Assembly: GCA_035606845.1 (NCBI GenBank)
Contig: DATNEA010000072.1
Coordinates: 24,234-88,233 of the forward strand
DNA: 64,000 nucleotides
Origin: Candidatus Angelobacter sp.
GTDB lineage: Bacteria > Verrucomicrobiota > Verrucomicrobiia > Limisphaerales > DASXHY01
Reading direction: 5' to 3'
Position 1 is the first letter of the stretch; every line of letters starts with the position of its first letter. This document shows, piece by piece, positions 10,560-22,454 of the stretch. A program made the position numbers and the translations under genes. The notes under the pieces are model-generated. The model did not search any database and was not told where the DNA came from. It saw only the letters and a list, made by a program, of their open reading frames with translations.

Positions 10560-10691
10560 TGTAGCGCAGGCGTCTCGCCTACGAGTTCCGACACCGTCCC
10601 GGCGCCAGGACAATTGTCCTTTGATTGCATCCGTTTCACTGTCTGGCGGCGAGACGCCGCCGACACTCGCAGCCGGGACGGCTGCGCTACA
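10560..10691. repeat. REP-like palindromic element (TGTAGCGCAG ... CTGCGCTACA)
   Basis: Terminal inverted arms with internal GGCGTCTCGCC/GGCGAGACGCC palindromes, immediately after secA. Confidence 0.75.
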
Positions 10692-10976
10692 TTTAGTCCA
10701 AAAGGAAACCCTCCGGCTCTGCTGGAGGACTCGCGAAGTTTGACGGCTCCCGCAATGGATATTTGGCGAGTAGTTGTATTTGCGCTCGTCCAAAGCGGCG
10801 GAGGGCTGGCGCTTTTGTGCAAGAGCGACAAGAAAGATAACCACTGCCGAGCGCGTTGTTTGGCGCCCGCAGGGCCGCGCCGGTTTTGAGCCGCTATAAT
10901 CTCGGTCAAGCCTCCCGCGCACTGCGACACCTTGCCTTGATTCTCGCCGCAACTATGGCCAAGCTGAGTAAAGCTG

Positions 10977-11825
10977 ATGACATCCAACTCACAACCCGGC
11001 GCCGCGGACTTCGTCGCAACCATGCGCGAGGTGACGTTGACGTACGATGGTTATCTGACGCGCGCGTTGGCAAAGGTGAACCTTGGATTTCGCGGCGGAG
11101 AAATCACCGGGGTTCTGGGAGTAAAAGGTTCCGGCAAATCCACGGCGCTCCGCCTTCTCGCGGGACGGCTGCGTCCGACGGAGGGGACGGTGAAAGTTTT
11201 TGGGCGGCCCGCACGGCGTGGCGCTGCCAAGGCCCGCATCGGTTATCTCCCCGGGAAAATGGATGCGGTGAGGCGCGTCGGATTTTTCGGCCGTCTCTTT
11301 GGCGGGAAACCCGAATCGCCAACGGCGGCCCGCGGCGTGGCCCGGCTTACCCAGGCGATTTTGGGCAATCGGGATTTGTTGATTCTTGATGATCCATTTG
11401 CTGATTTGGATGCTGCGGAATTGGCCGAAGCCAAGGCGCTCATTCGCGACCTGGCGGGGCGCGGAAAAACAGTGATTCTCAGCAGCGATGCGCTTCTCGA
11501 AGTAAAGGATTTGTGCCAGCGCATCGCGATATTGCACGAAGGGCGGGTGCAGGCGATTGGAACGCTCACCGAACTGCTTTCGTCCGGCGAAGCAATCCGC
11601 TTTTTGCCGGCCATTTTGCCGCCGGATATGAATGAGCGCGTGCTGAAAGTTCTTCGCGCGGAAATTCTCTCGAACGACGTTGCGGCCGCAGCGCAGCCCG
11701 CCGGAACATCGGCATCGTCGAAAAAACCGGGAGGAGAAACTCCGCCGCCGCCGGAGCCGCGTCCGGACGACACGATTGATCACGAGAAGCTGGAGGAATT
11801 GGTGAAACGGCCCAAGCCGGAGTAG
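10977..11825 (+). CDS. ABC transporter ATP-binding-like protein with degenerate motifs
   Basis: Walker A GVKGSGKST present; Walker B reads ILDDP; signature and H-loop altered. Confidence 0.75.
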   Translation: MTSNSQPGAADFVATMREVTLTYDGYLTRALAKVNLGFRGGEITGVLGVKGSGKSTALRLLAGRLRPTEGTVKVFGRPARRGAAKARIGYLPGKMDAVRRVGFFGRLFGGKPESPTAARGVARLTQAILGNRDLLILDDPFADLDAAELAEAKALIRDLAGRGKTVILSSDALLEVKDLCQRIAILHEGRVQAIGTLTELLSSGEAIRFLPAILPPDMNERVLKVLRAEILSNDVAAAAQPAGTSASSKKPGGETPPPPEPRPDDTIDHEKLEELVKRPKPE

Positions 11826-11855
11826 AATCAAACCGCTCCGCAGAACCTTTCAGAA

Positions 11856-12036
11856 GTCGCGGAGCGACACGAGGATATTAGCCAGCCACAAAGTGGCTGG
11901 TAACTGTGTTTACGCAGAGCTTGTCCTGAAAGGACAGCGGAAAAGCCGTCGATTCCAGCGTCCTTTCAGGACGTGGCCGTAATGCTGGAATTCCAGCCAC
12001 TTCGTGGCTGGCTAATTTCCTGAGTCGCTTCGCGAC
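11856..12036. repeat. Nested palindromic element (~180 bp)
   Basis: Arm pairs GTCGCGGAGCGAC/GTCGCTTCGCGAC, ATTAGCCAGCCAC/GTGGCTGGCTAAT, GTCCTGAAAGGAC/GTCCTTTCAGGAC. Confidence 0.8.
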
Positions 12037-12183
12037 AAACGATTCTACAGAGCAATTACAAATTCGCGCCACCGGCTCGCTGCCCGAACTCAAAAGCAAA
12101 ATCCGGATTGACGCGATTGCGGCATTCCGATTTGCAAGTAATCGAAGAATTGTTCCGGCCGAATCAGGAGATCGGCGCTCCGT

Positions 12184-13059
12184 TTAAGGATTGCTTGGGC
12201 AAACCCAATGCTGGATGAGGTAGCCGACATCGGCGGTTCCGGAGCGAGCCGGAGAACCGTTAATTGCATTGTCTCCACCGTACGCGTAACACACGGTATT
12301 GGGCATATTGGCGAGCTTTCCTACGCCGATAACGTCTTTATCCAGCCATTTGTGGGATTCAGCATGGCCATCCGCAAAAGCGAAGGTGCCTACATTGCCG
12401 TGGTACGTGGCGAAAAGATCCTCGTAAGGAAAGGAAGTTGGCGTGACATTGCCGCCAACGTCAAAGGCGCCGTTATTGTAGCCACGAGAATCCGCCTGCT
12501 CCGCGAAGATGAAACAATCGGCGGTGCGCTTGATCTGAGTGAGCTTCGTATAAAAAGTATGTTTGTTGGTGGTCACGTTGTCCGTTACCGCATAGCTGTC
12601 CCAGGCCCAGGACACGGAGTCACCGCTGCCGATCGGGTTTTTGAAACGGACATCGCCCGGACAGTGATTGGCGTCTGAATTCCCGATATAGGGAGATAAC
12701 AGGCTGTTCGTCCTCATGCAATTTTTGATGTCCTGCATGGCCCGGTCTATATTTCGATTCCATGAACCGGGTGCGGCGCTGTCGAGGTTCCAATACCCGC
12801 CCCCGCTCTTGAACCCGCTCGGAGGCTTGAGCCACAACAGCCGATCGTCGTTATCGGTGACGTACATGTTAAACGAAATCGCGAGCTGGCGTTCGTTGTT
12901 CAGGCAGCTTGCCTGGGTTGCTTTCAACTTCGCCCGGGCAAGCGCTGGCAGGAGCATGGCGGCCAATATCGCGATGATGGCGATAACAACAAGGAGTTCG
13001 ATGAGCGTAAACGCTCGCGACGTGGTTATGGATTTGGATGTAGGGGTACTGCTTTTCAT
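12184..13059 (-). CDS. Prepilin-type N-terminal methylation domain protein (DUF1559 / H-X9-DG family)
   Basis: [25 protein letters not shown] and [13 protein letters not shown] motifs. Confidence 0.92.
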   Translation of the reverse strand: MKSSTPTSKSITTSRAFTLIELLVVIAIIAILAAMLLPALARAKLKATQASCLNNERQLAISFNMYVTDNDDRLLWLKPPSGFKSGGGYWNLDSAAPGSWNRNIDRAMQDIKNCMRTNSLLSPYIGNSDANHCPGDVRFKNPIGSGDSVSWAWDSYAVTDNVTTNKHTFYTKLTQIKRTADCFIFAEQADSRGYNNGAFDVGGNVTPTSFPYEDLFATYHGNVGTFAFADGHAESHKWLDKDVIGVGKLANMPNTVCYAYGGDNAINGSPARSGTADVGYLIQHWVCPSNP

Positions 13060-13260
13060 ACCATTGACTCAATTAACACTGACACATTCGATTATTTTGC
13101 TCAGGCGCCGGTTTTTGAAACTGTGCGTCCATCGCACGCGGTACCTTCTCGCATCCCGGTGACGCCTCCGGGACCCCTCATTGGCCTGAGCCACTTCCGA
13201 TGTTCAGCATGCTAAATTTGCGCCAGATAAAATCTCCTCGCAATTGGACAAACGTATTAA

Positions 13261-13540
13261 GAGCCCATAGCAAAATGAGGAATGGGCGCGCTGTTTTCTG
13301 GCGGGCGGCTGGCAGGGCGCGACGAAGGAAGATAGCCGCAGTGCTCTCTGACTGAGGAGCAACGCTGCCAGCCGCCCGCCAGAAAACAGCCCTCCGGGTT
13401 GCCAGATCTTTGTCGCTGCCGCGGCGTTGCTCGTCGGTCGAAGATCCATAAAGTCCCCGCCATGGCGGGATCCCTCCTCGCGCCTTGCAGCACCGCCAAA
13501 TCTCTGGCAACGCGCCCGTTCCTCATTTTGATATGGGCTT
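13261..13540. mobile_element. MITE-like element, 280 bp, 30-bp terminal inverted repeats
   Basis: 13261-13290 matches the reverse complement of 13511-13540 at 27/30; flanked by TAA/TCA; no transposase. Confidence 0.75.
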
Positions 13541-13766
13541 TCAGAACCCATACTGTCAAAAAGGCTCGCGCGCAGCCGGTTGAGCGCCGAAAAACGGTTC
13601 ATTATCGCAGTTTACCGGTATTAGAAGAGGTATGAATCTGGCTTAAAAAAATCCAAAAAAACTGCTTGTGAAATTTTTCACGATGAGGCAATGTCTCACG
13701 CGCTCCGAGCAAAACTGGTTGGCATGGACCGGGGGGATGGTGTCCCTTCGCGCGGGGCTTTGCTGA

Positions 13767-14678
13767 ATGCGACGAATTCGTATCATCATTTTATTGTGTT
13801 CGGTTTTGGCGGGCTTGCCGTTCGCTGGAATTTGCGCTGAGGCGGGCTCTCCCGCGGCTCCCGCCGCGCATGAGGAAGGAATTCCGGCCAGCGCCGTCGG
13901 CATCGGCCATATTGGACCGCTTCCCATCACCAATTCCATGCTGGTCACGTGGATTGTGGCTTTGGCCCTGATCATTTTTTCGCAGGTTGCCACGCGCAAC
14001 ATGAAGGAAGTCCCATCGGGCTTGCAGAATTTCTGGGAATGGATGGTCGAAAGCCTCTACGGCTTCCTCGAAGGCATCATCGGCCACGATCTGGTCAAGA
14101 AGACGTTCTGGTTCTTTGCGACGATTTTCATTTTCATCGTGTTTTGTAATTGGGCGGGCTTGATCCCTGGGTTGGGAACGATTGGCTGGGGCGTCAAGGA
14201 CAGCGCCGGGCATTTTGACCTGGTGCGACCGCTTTTCCGCGGCGGCAATGCGGACCTCAACATGACCCTCGGCATGGCGATGGTGTTCTTCGCGTGCTGG
14301 ATCATCTGGTCGCTCCAGATGAACGGGGTGGTTGGGTTCCTGAAACATTTGTTCGCGCCGAAGGGGGATACCAAGGGCTGGCTTCGGATATTGATGATCA
14401 TCGTTTTCTTTGCGGTCGGCTGGCTGGAAATTCTTTCGATTCTGTTCCGCCCGGTATCGCTCAGCTTTCGTCTTTACGGAAACATCTTCGCGGGTGAAAA
14501 CATGCTCGAAGCCATGAGCAAGCTGGTTCCACACTTCGGCTGGCTGTTGCCGGTGCCGTTTTATTTCATGGAATTGCTCGTGGGCTTCGTCCAGGCGCTG
14601 GTGTTCATGCTGCTGACGGCGGTGTTCACCATGTTGATGACCCCGCACGACGACTCGCACGGCAAAGCACATCATTAA
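13767..14678 (+). CDS. atpB: ATP synthase F0 subunit a
   Basis: PITNSMLVTW, RPVSLSFRLYGNIFAGE, ELLVGFVQALVF. Confidence 0.97.
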   Translation: MRRIRIIILLCSVLAGLPFAGICAEAGSPAAPAAHEEGIPASAVGIGHIGPLPITNSMLVTWIVALALIIFSQVATRNMKEVPSGLQNFWEWMVESLYGFLEGIIGHDLVKKTFWFFATIFIFIVFCNWAGLIPGLGTIGWGVKDSAGHFDLVRPLFRGGNADLNMTLGMAMVFFACWIIWSLQMNGVVGFLKHLFAPKGDTKGWLRILMIIVFFAVGWLEILSILFRPVSLSFRLYGNIFAGENMLEAMSKLVPHFGWLLPVPFYFMELLVGFVQALVFMLLTAVFTMLMTPHDDSHGKAHH

Positions 14679-14749
14679 TTTTGGAATTTCGGCAGTCTGA
14701 CCGTGTTCAATCGCGGGGGCTGCTGAGAAGAGAAAGAAAGGAAAGTATT

Positions 14750-15025
14750 ATGTTTACGCCTATGTTGGCGCAAGCGGCGGAAGCGGCGACGAACGCGGTA
14801 GCGAACGTGGCGGCGAGTCCGGCGGCGGCGAAAGTCGTCAGCGGCAACCTCACGGTCGGTCTGGCGGCGCTCGGCGCGGCCCTCGGCGTGGGTTTCATCG
14901 GAATGAAGGCTTCGGAAGCGGTGGGACGCAATCCCGGCGCGGCCACGCCCATTCTGGTGCAGGCCATTCTGGCAATCGCATTCGCGGAAGCCATTGTGTT
15001 CTACGCCATCTTCCTCGTGCACTAA
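14750..15025 (+). CDS. atpE: ATP synthase F0 subunit c
   Basis: GLAALGAALGVG, GRNPGA loop, AFAEA with the ion-binding Glu; purine-rich RBS before ATG 14750. Confidence 0.95.
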   Translation: MFTPMLAQAAEAATNAVANVAASPAAAKVVSGNLTVGLAALGAALGVGFIGMKASEAVGRNPGAATPILVQAILAIAFAEAIVFYAIFLVH

Positions 15026-15076
15026 GCGTGTTGGGCGCGGAGCGATCCTCCGCGCCCGACCTTTCATGGAATTTTT

Positions 15077-15625
15077 ATGAATCACATGGTTTTATTTGGC
15101 AGCATCGGCAGTGACCTGTCGGACATTGGGACGAGTACCGCCCATACGTTCGGTGTCGATTGGCCGCATTTCATCGCGCAGGTCATCAGCTTCTGCATCA
15201 CGGCGGCGCTGCTTTACTTTTTCGCTTATAAACGCGTGCTGGCGATGCTCGAAGAGCGCCGTCAGCGCATTGCCGACGGCCTGGCCAACGCGGACAAGAT
15301 CAAGGCGGAATTGCAACGCACGGAAGCCGCGCGATTGGAAGTGTTGAACCAGGCGAACACGCAAGCCAACAAATTGATTGAAGAAGCCCGCGCCGCCGCC
15401 AATCGCGTGCGCGAAGATGAAACGCAGAAAGCCATCGCCGCCGCCGAACAGATCATCACCAAAGCCCGCGAAGCCGCCGCCGCGGACCACGCGCGGATGC
15501 TCGCCGACCTGAAACGCGAAGTCGGCCGCCTCGTGGTGCAGACCACCGCCACAGTTACCGGCAAGGTGTTGACGCCGGAAGATCAAAAGCGGCTGGCGGA
15601 AGAAACGGCCAAACAACTCGCGTGA
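15077..15625 (+). CDS. atpF: ATP synthase F0 subunit b
   Basis: Single TM (FIAQVISFCI) followed by coiled coil; operon position. Confidence 0.95.
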   Translation: MNHMVLFGSIGSDLSDIGTSTAHTFGVDWPHFIAQVISFCITAALLYFFAYKRVLAMLEERRQRIADGLANADKIKAELQRTEAARLEVLNQANTQANKLIEEARAAANRVREDETQKAIAAAEQIITKAREAAAADHARMLADLKREVGRLVVQTTATVTGKVLTPEDQKRLAEETAKQLA

Positions 15626-15653
15626 TGAATTTTAGCGTCGAAGCTGGCTCCAA

Positions 15654-15728
15654 TAGTGGCACGGGCGTCTCGCCCGTGCGATTCTGGAAAGCCGATTAAC
15701 GCGCGGGCGAGACGGCCCGCGCCACTAA
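15654..15728. repeat. REP-like family B copy (TAGTGGCACGGGCGTCTCGCCCGTG ... GCCACTA)
   Basis: Between atpF and atpH; related copies at 41038-41099, ~51440, ~55443, ~61517. Confidence 0.85.
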
Positions 15729-15731
15729 GAA

Positions 15732-16124
15732 ATGAAAATATCCAAACAAGCCCGGCGTGAAGCGAAGGAGCTGTTTCGCAGCACGCTGATTGACGGTGTG
15801 CTCGACGACAACCGCGTGCGCATGGCCGTCAGCAAAGTGGCGCAGGCCAAGCCGCGTGGTTATGTGGAAATCCTGTCGCATTTTCAGCGGCTGGTGAAGT
15901 TGGAGATCGAGCGCCGCACGGCTCGCGTGGAAAGCGCGGTCGCCTTGCCTCCGGAACTTCAGGCGCAGGTGAAAAATAAGCTGGCGAATATCTACGGGCA
16001 GGGTCTGAATATTTCGTTCGCCCAAAACCCGGCTTTGCTCGGCGGCTTGCGCATCAAGGTGGGCAGCGATGTTTATGACGGCAGCGTGCAGGCGCGGTTG
16101 GAGCGGTTGGTGGAAAGCTTTTAG
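15732..16124 (+). CDS. atpH: ATP synthase F1 subunit delta (short form)
   Basis: VESAVAL...NPALLGGLRIKVGSDVYDGSV; operon position. Confidence 0.93.
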   Translation: MKISKQARREAKELFRSTLIDGVLDDNRVRMAVSKVAQAKPRGYVEILSHFQRLVKLEIERRTARVESAVALPPELQAQVKNKLANIYGQGLNISFAQNPALLGGLRIKVGSDVYDGSVQARLERLVESF

Positions 16125-16137
16125 GAATGAAACGGAT

Positions 16138-16212
16138 TGAAACGTAAAACGTAAAACGTGAATGAGGGCCGGTGCGCCCGGTCTTTTCACGTTTCACGTT
16201 TCACGAATCACG
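16138..16212. repeat. Inverted 7-bp tandem repeat (AAACGTR)n ... (TTTCACG)n
   Basis: Between atpH and atpA; same unit at 20772-20838, 25210-25308, 26464-26499. Confidence 0.88.
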
Positions 16213-16219
16213 AGAATAT

Positions 16220-17752
16220 ATGAGCAACTTATTGCAAGAAATTGAAGCGCAAATCGCGGGCGTCAAGACGGCTACCGCCAAGCAGAACGTCGGCGTCGTC
16301 CGCGAAATCTCGGACGGCGTGGCCAAAATCGAAGGCCTCACCGATGCGATGCTCAACGAAATGCTCGACTTCGGCAACGGCGTCGTCGGCCTCGCGTTGA
16401 ACCTCGAGGAAACCGAGGTCGGCGCCATCATCCTCGGCGATTACCTCCAGGTCCATGAAGGCTCCGAGGTCAAGACGACTGGCAAGCTGCTCTCGGTTCC
16501 GGTGGGCAAGGGTCTGCTCGGCCGCGTGGTGGATTCGCTCGGCCGCCCGGTGGACGGCAAGGGCGCCATCAAGGAAACCGCGTTTTATCCCGTCGAAAAA
16601 ATCGCGCCCGGCATCGTGAAACGCAAATCCGTCAGCCAGCCGGTGCAGACCGGCATCATGGCCATTGACGCGATGATCCCGATCGGCCGCGGCCAGCGCG
16701 AATTGATCATCGGCGATCGTTCGACCGGCAAGACGACCATCGGCGTGGACACGATGATCAACCAGGCGCGCATCAACAAGGTTGGCCGCGCCTCCGGCGA
16801 CAAGGATTTCCGTCCCGTTTATAACATTTACGTCGCCATCGGCCAGAAGCAGTCGAACATCGCGCGGGTTATTGCGGAATTGGAAAAGGCCGGCGCGTTG
16901 GAAGACACGATTATCGTTGTCGCTTCCGCATCCGACTCGGCTGCCAATCAATACCTCGCGCCGTTTGCCGGCGCATCAATGGGCGAGTGGTTCATGGATA
17001 ACGGCATGGACGCGCTGATCATCTACGACGATCTTTCGAAGCAAGCCGTGGCGTATCGCCAGGTGTCGCTCGTGCTCAAGCGCCCGTCCGGCCGCGAAGC
17101 GTATCCAGGTGATGTGTTCTATTTGCACAGCCGCCTGCTCGAACGCAGCGCGCGCGTTTCCGAAAAATACGGCAACGGTTCACTGACGGCGCTGCCGATC
17201 ATTGAAACGCAGGCCGGCGACGTTTCGGCCTACATTCCGACGAACGTGATTTCGATCACGGACGGCCAGATTTATCTGGGAACGGATTTGTTCTATCAAG
17301 GCGTGCGTCCCGCGGTTTCGGTCGGTCTCTCCGTGAGCCGTGTCGGTTCAGCGGCGCAAATCAAGGCGATGAAGCAGGTGGCCGGGCGCATCAAGGGCGA
17401 TTTGGCGCAGTACCGCGAACTGGCTGCGTTTGCGCAGTTCGGTTCCGACCTCGACGCCAAGACATTGGGAATTCTCGAACGCGGCAAGCGCGTCGTGGAA
17501 GTATTCAAGCAACCGCAGTTCAACCCGGTGTCCGTCGAAGTGCAGGCCGCCATATTGTGGGCGGTGCAGAACAATTATTTCGATGATGTGCCGGTGGAAA
17601 AAGTGAAGGACTTCCAGAACAAGCTGACGGACTTCCTCAGCACGCGCAAAGCGGAGTTGCTGGCGAAAATCCGCAACGAGAAAGCGATCAGCGACGCGAT
17701 TGCCGGTGATTTGAAGAATGCGCTCGGTGAGTTCAAACCGACGTATCGGTAA
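16220..17752 (+). CDS. atpA: ATP synthase F1 subunit alpha
   Basis: [38 protein letters not shown]. Confidence 0.98.
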   Translation: MSNLLQEIEAQIAGVKTATAKQNVGVVREISDGVAKIEGLTDAMLNEMLDFGNGVVGLALNLEETEVGAIILGDYLQVHEGSEVKTTGKLLSVPVGKGLLGRVVDSLGRPVDGKGAIKETAFYPVEKIAPGIVKRKSVSQPVQTGIMAIDAMIPIGRGQRELIIGDRSTGKTTIGVDTMINQARINKVGRASGDKDFRPVYNIYVAIGQKQSNIARVIAELEKAGALEDTIIVVASASDSAANQYLAPFAGASMGEWFMDNGMDALIIYDDLSKQAVAYRQVSLVLKRPSGREAYPGDVFYLHSRLLERSARVSEKYGNGSLTALPIIETQAGDVSAYIPTNVISITDGQIYLGTDLFYQGVRPAVSVGLSVSRVGSAAQIKAMKQVAGRIKGDLAQYRELAAFAQFGSDLDAKTLGILERGKRVVEVFKQPQFNPVSVEVQAAILWAVQNNYFDDVPVEKVKDFQNKLTDFLSTRKAELLAKIRNEKAISDAIAGDLKNALGEFKPTYR

Positions 17753-17764
17753 TTTTGGAACGTC

Positions 17765-18334
17765 ATGGCCAACTGCAAAACAGCAACTGAGTCCGCGCGG
17801 CAGATTGAGGAGATGATTTTCCTCATTCGCGGCCAGCGGGTCATGCTGGATGCTGATTTGGCCAGGATTTACGGGGTCACGACGAAACGGTTGAAAGAAC
17901 AGTTTCGCCGAAACGCGGAAAGGTTTCCAGGCGACTTTGCGTTTCAGCTTACAAATCAGGAACTTACAATCTTGAGGTCGCAAATTGCGACCTCAAGTTC
18001 GCACGGCGGCGCACGCTATTTGCCCATCGCTTTTACCGAGCACGGCGCTCTAATGCTCGGCAACATACTCAACAGCAAAATCGCAATCGAGGCCAGCATC
18101 CGAGTGGTGCGGGCTTTTGTTTGGATGCGCGAACAGCTCGCTGCCAACAAAGCGCTGGCGGCGAAGTTGAATGAGCTGGAGAGCCGCGTCGGTGAACACG
18201 ACGGCGCCATCGCCAATTTATTTGAAGCCATCCGGCAGTTGTTGGAACCCGCCGAGAAGCCCCAACGCGAAATCGGTTTTCACATTCGAGAAACAGCGCC
18301 TCCCTATCGGGTCAAAACGCGCAAACGATTTTAA
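17765..18334 (+). CDS. ORF6N (KilA-N-like) DNA-binding domain protein
   Basis: IRGQRVMLDADLARIYGVTTKRL..RNAERFPGDFAFQL, AFTEHGALML, C-terminal REIGF. Confidence 0.9.
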   Translation: MANCKTATESARQIEEMIFLIRGQRVMLDADLARIYGVTTKRLKEQFRRNAERFPGDFAFQLTNQELTILRSQIATSSSHGGARYLPIAFTEHGALMLGNILNSKIAIEASIRVVRAFVWMREQLAANKALAAKLNELESRVGEHDGAIANLFEAIRQLLEPAEKPQREIGFHIRETAPPYRVKTRKRF

Positions 18335-18337
18335 GTC

Positions 18338-19222
18338 ATGCCCAGCACACGCGACATACGCCGGCGCATCCGGTCGGTCAAGAACACCGCGCAGATCACC
18401 AAGGCCATGCAGATGGTGGCTTCGTCGAAGATGCGCAAGGCCCAGCTCGCGGCCCTCGCGGGGCGGCCTTATGCCATCCTGATGAACCAGGTGATTCTCA
18501 ACGCCGCGAAGGACGCTGGTCAGAACTTCACGCAACCATTGATGGAAACTCGGCCGATCAGGAAGCGCGCTGTATTGGCCGTCAGCACGGACAAGGGATT
18601 GTGCGGCGCGCTCAATGCCAACCTCGGCCGTGAAGCGTTGAAATACGAGAAGGAAACAACGGTCTATGTCGCCGCCGGCCGCAAAGCCGCGCAACTCTTT
18701 GCGCGCACCAAGCGGAATCTGAACGCGGAATTCACCTACAAGGACGCGCCGCTGTTCGCCGAAGCGCGCGCGATGTCCAAAACCGTCCAGGAAATGTTCC
18801 TGAAAGGTGAAGTGGACTCCGTGGACGTTGTCTTTACGCGGTTCGTCAACACGCTGACTCAGAAGGTGGAAGTCCGGCAGTTGCTGCCGATTGGCAAATT
18901 GGAGAACATCCTGAATTTGCCCGGCGGTCCGGACGAGAACGCCCAAACCGGTGACGCCCAGCAACTCGAACATTTATTTGAGCCGAGCGCCGAGCAGGTA
19001 TTGGGCGCGATTCTCCCGCACTTCGTCAATTTCATAGTTTATCAAATCCTCCTGGAAGCCAAGGCGTCCGAGCACAGCGCGCGAATGGTCGCCATGAAGA
19101 ACGCGACCGACAACGCGAAGCAGCTCATCAAGGACCTGACGCTCGAATACAACAAATTGCGCCAGGCAAACATCACGAAAGAGCTTTTGGAAATCACCAC
19201 CGCCCAGATGGCGCTGGGATGA
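18338..19222 (+). CDS. atpG: ATP synthase F1 subunit gamma
   Basis: SVKNTAQITKAMQMV, DKGLCG, SEHSARMVAMKNATDNA, RQANITKELLEI. Confidence 0.98.
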   Translation: MPSTRDIRRRIRSVKNTAQITKAMQMVASSKMRKAQLAALAGRPYAILMNQVILNAAKDAGQNFTQPLMETRPIRKRAVLAVSTDKGLCGALNANLGREALKYEKETTVYVAAGRKAAQLFARTKRNLNAEFTYKDAPLFAEARAMSKTVQEMFLKGEVDSVDVVFTRFVNTLTQKVEVRQLLPIGKLENILNLPGGPDENAQTGDAQQLEHLFEPSAEQVLGAILPHFVNFIVYQILLEAKASEHSARMVAMKNATDNAKQLIKDLTLEYNKLRQANITKELLEITTAQMALG

Positions 19223-19305
19223 CGTTTACGTTCGCGTTGATTTGAATTAAATTTGCGACATGACGAAATTGCTGAATTAGGCTCAGACGCTTAGAGAATT
19301 TTTGA

Positions 19306-20763
<1,458 letters not shown>

Positions 20764-20771
20764 CGTGCGAG

Positions 20772-20838
20772 TTCACGTTTCACGTTTCACGTTTCAGGCG
20801 TGAACGTGTTGCGTGAAACGTAAAACGTGAAACGTGAA
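20772..20838. repeat. Inverted 7-bp tandem repeat (TTTCACG)n ... (CGTGAAA)n
   Basis: Between atpD and atpC; arms in the opposite order to the atpH-atpA copy. Confidence 0.88.
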
Positions 20839-20843
20839 TTAAA

Positions 20844-21251
20844 ATGGCTGGAACTTTAAAACTCGAAATCGTCACGCCGGACGCGAAGGTGTTCTCGGAA
20901 GACGTGGACATGGTCACGCTGCCGGGTGTCGAGGGCGAGATGGGCATTTTCCCCAACCACGTCCCGTTGCTGACGCAAATTGTCCCGGGCGAAATCACCG
21001 CTCGCAAAGGCGGGCAGGATTTTTTCCTGGCCATCGGCGAAGGCTTTGTCGAAATCACTGGCAACCAGGTCTCGATCCTTGCCGATATGGCCATCCGCGC
21101 CGAGAACATCGATGAAGCGAAGGCTGAAGAGGCGCGCCGCCGCGCCGAAGCCCGGCTGGCCGAACAGCTGGACGATGAAGAAACCGCCCGGGTGCAGGCT
21201 TCATTGACGCACTCCACCGCCCAACTCAAGGTCAAGCGCCGGCAACACTAA
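20844..21251 (+). CDS. atpC: ATP synthase F1 subunit epsilon
   Basis: LEIVTPD, PGVEGEMGIFPNH, GEGFVEI. Confidence 0.97.
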   Translation: MAGTLKLEIVTPDAKVFSEDVDMVTLPGVEGEMGIFPNHVPLLTQIVPGEITARKGGQDFFLAIGEGFVEITGNQVSILADMAIRAENIDEAKAEEARRRAEARLAEQLDDEETARVQASLTHSTAQLKVKRRQH

Positions 21252-21273
21252 TTCATTTTAAATCCCACAATGC

Positions 21274-21308
21274 AAAAGCCGCCGAATCCCGGCGGCTTTT
21301 CTTTTTTC
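21274..21308 (+). terminator. Intrinsic terminator after the atp operon (possibly bidirectional)
   Basis: AAAAGCCGCCG-aatcc-CGGCGGCTTTT followed by a T-tract. Confidence 0.85.
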
Positions 21309-21470
21309 GGAGCCCGGGCTGCCGACCCGGCGCGAAGCAAATTTTACAGGAGCAAACAGACGTAACGGAGAGATCCCCGAACAGAAAATTCCAGCAGAGG
21401 CAAACGAGACAAATAAAGCGCAACCCGCGGAATCTCTGCTCCCTCTGTTTCCTTCTGTTCAAAAATAAGT

Positions 21471-21758
21471 TTAACTCTCGATCACGTTGATCTCGACTGG
21501 CTCGACTTTCACACCGATTTTTTCCAGCCATTTGATCGCGGCTTTGACTTCTTCGCGTTTGCCATCCAGTTCGAGGCAGACAATGCCGATCTCGTCGGTC
21601 ACGCTCACCTGGCGTATGTTCGTCACGACTTTGAATTTATTTCCCAACTGCCACAGCAGCGGTTCGCGGATCAGCCGCGGCGGATACATCAGCCACAAGC
21701 GCTGCTGAGTCGGTGTGGTCGCTTTCGTGGACGTGGATTTCTTTGGAGATTTAGGCAC
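21471..21758 (-). CDS. NIL-domain protein
   Basis: LMYPPRLIREPLLWQL..KFKVVTNIRQVSV...GVKVEPVEINVIE; GTG start at 21758 chosen. Confidence 0.8.
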   Translation of the reverse strand: MPKSPKKSTSTKATTPTQQRLWLMYPPRLIREPLLWQLGNKFKVVTNIRQVSVTDEIGIVCLELDGKREEVKAAIKWLEKIGVKVEPVEINVIES

Positions 21759-21920
21759 GGTGTTGAGAATTAAAATTGATAACGGCGGCTTCGGGATGCA
21801 TCTCAATTTGGAGCGCGGCGGCATGTCGCCACTTTTTGCCGGGCAGACATGTCTGCCCGTTTGAAAGCGCGGTCGTGCCCGCGCACTCCAAACTGAGCAG
21901 CGGATTGCCCAGCCATATTC

Positions 21921-22196
21921 CTAGCCCCCGGCAATTGCCGGGATGATGCTGACCTCGTCGCCGTCTTTGAGAGGCGTCTTTTGATTTTCGAGGAAGCGGA
22001 TGTCCTCCTCGTTTACATACACATTGACGAAACGGCGCACTTCGCCTTTTTCATCGACGAGGCGTTCCTGGATTCCTGGATAGCGCGATTGCAGTTCCGT
22101 GATGGCTCCGCCAATCGTGGAAGCCGTCACTTCGACAACTTCCTCGTTGTTCGTCAATTTGCGGAGCGGGGTGGGGATGCGGACTTTGGTTGCCAT
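21921..22196 (-). CDS. MoaD/ThiS (CysO-like) sulfur-carrier protein
   Basis: VRIPTPLR, RRFVNVYVNEEDIRFL, C-terminal IIPAIAGG. Confidence 0.93.
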   Translation of the reverse strand: MATKVRIPTPLRKLTNNEEVVEVTASTIGGAITELQSRYPGIQERLVDEKGEVRRFVNVYVNEEDIRFLENQKTPLKDGDEVSIIPAIAGG

Positions 22197-22262
22197 AAAT
22201 TTAAGAAACTATTATTTGGAAATCGGTTCGATTCGGCAAACTCGGCTTGATCTCGTCGGTGT

Positions 22263-22454
22263 TCAGACGAGGCCAAGCTGCTTGCGGACTTCATCCGCCG
22301 TCAACGTTCGTTTGCCTTTGTTGCGGGCGCGCGCTTCAAGCAGGTCAAGATAGTCATTCAAATCTTCCATTTGCTCGCGCAAAGAACTGATTTGCTTGAG
22401 CACGGTTTGTTGCCGCCGGTTAAACGCAGGTTTTTTCGAGATGCTGCTAATCAT
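22263..22454 (-). CDS. Putative antitoxin
   Basis: ATG overlaps the toxin stop; LREQMEDLNDYLDLLEARARN...EVRKQLGL. Confidence 0.7.
   Translation of the reverse strand: MISSISKKPAFNRRQQTVLKQISSLREQMEDLNDYLDLLEARARNKGKRTLTADEVRKQLGLV

Noticed and set aside
14750..15025. Na+-translocating ATP synthase
   Set aside because: Subunit c lacks the Gln and Glu-Ser/Thr Na+ signature (it reads AEA); probably H+-coupled.
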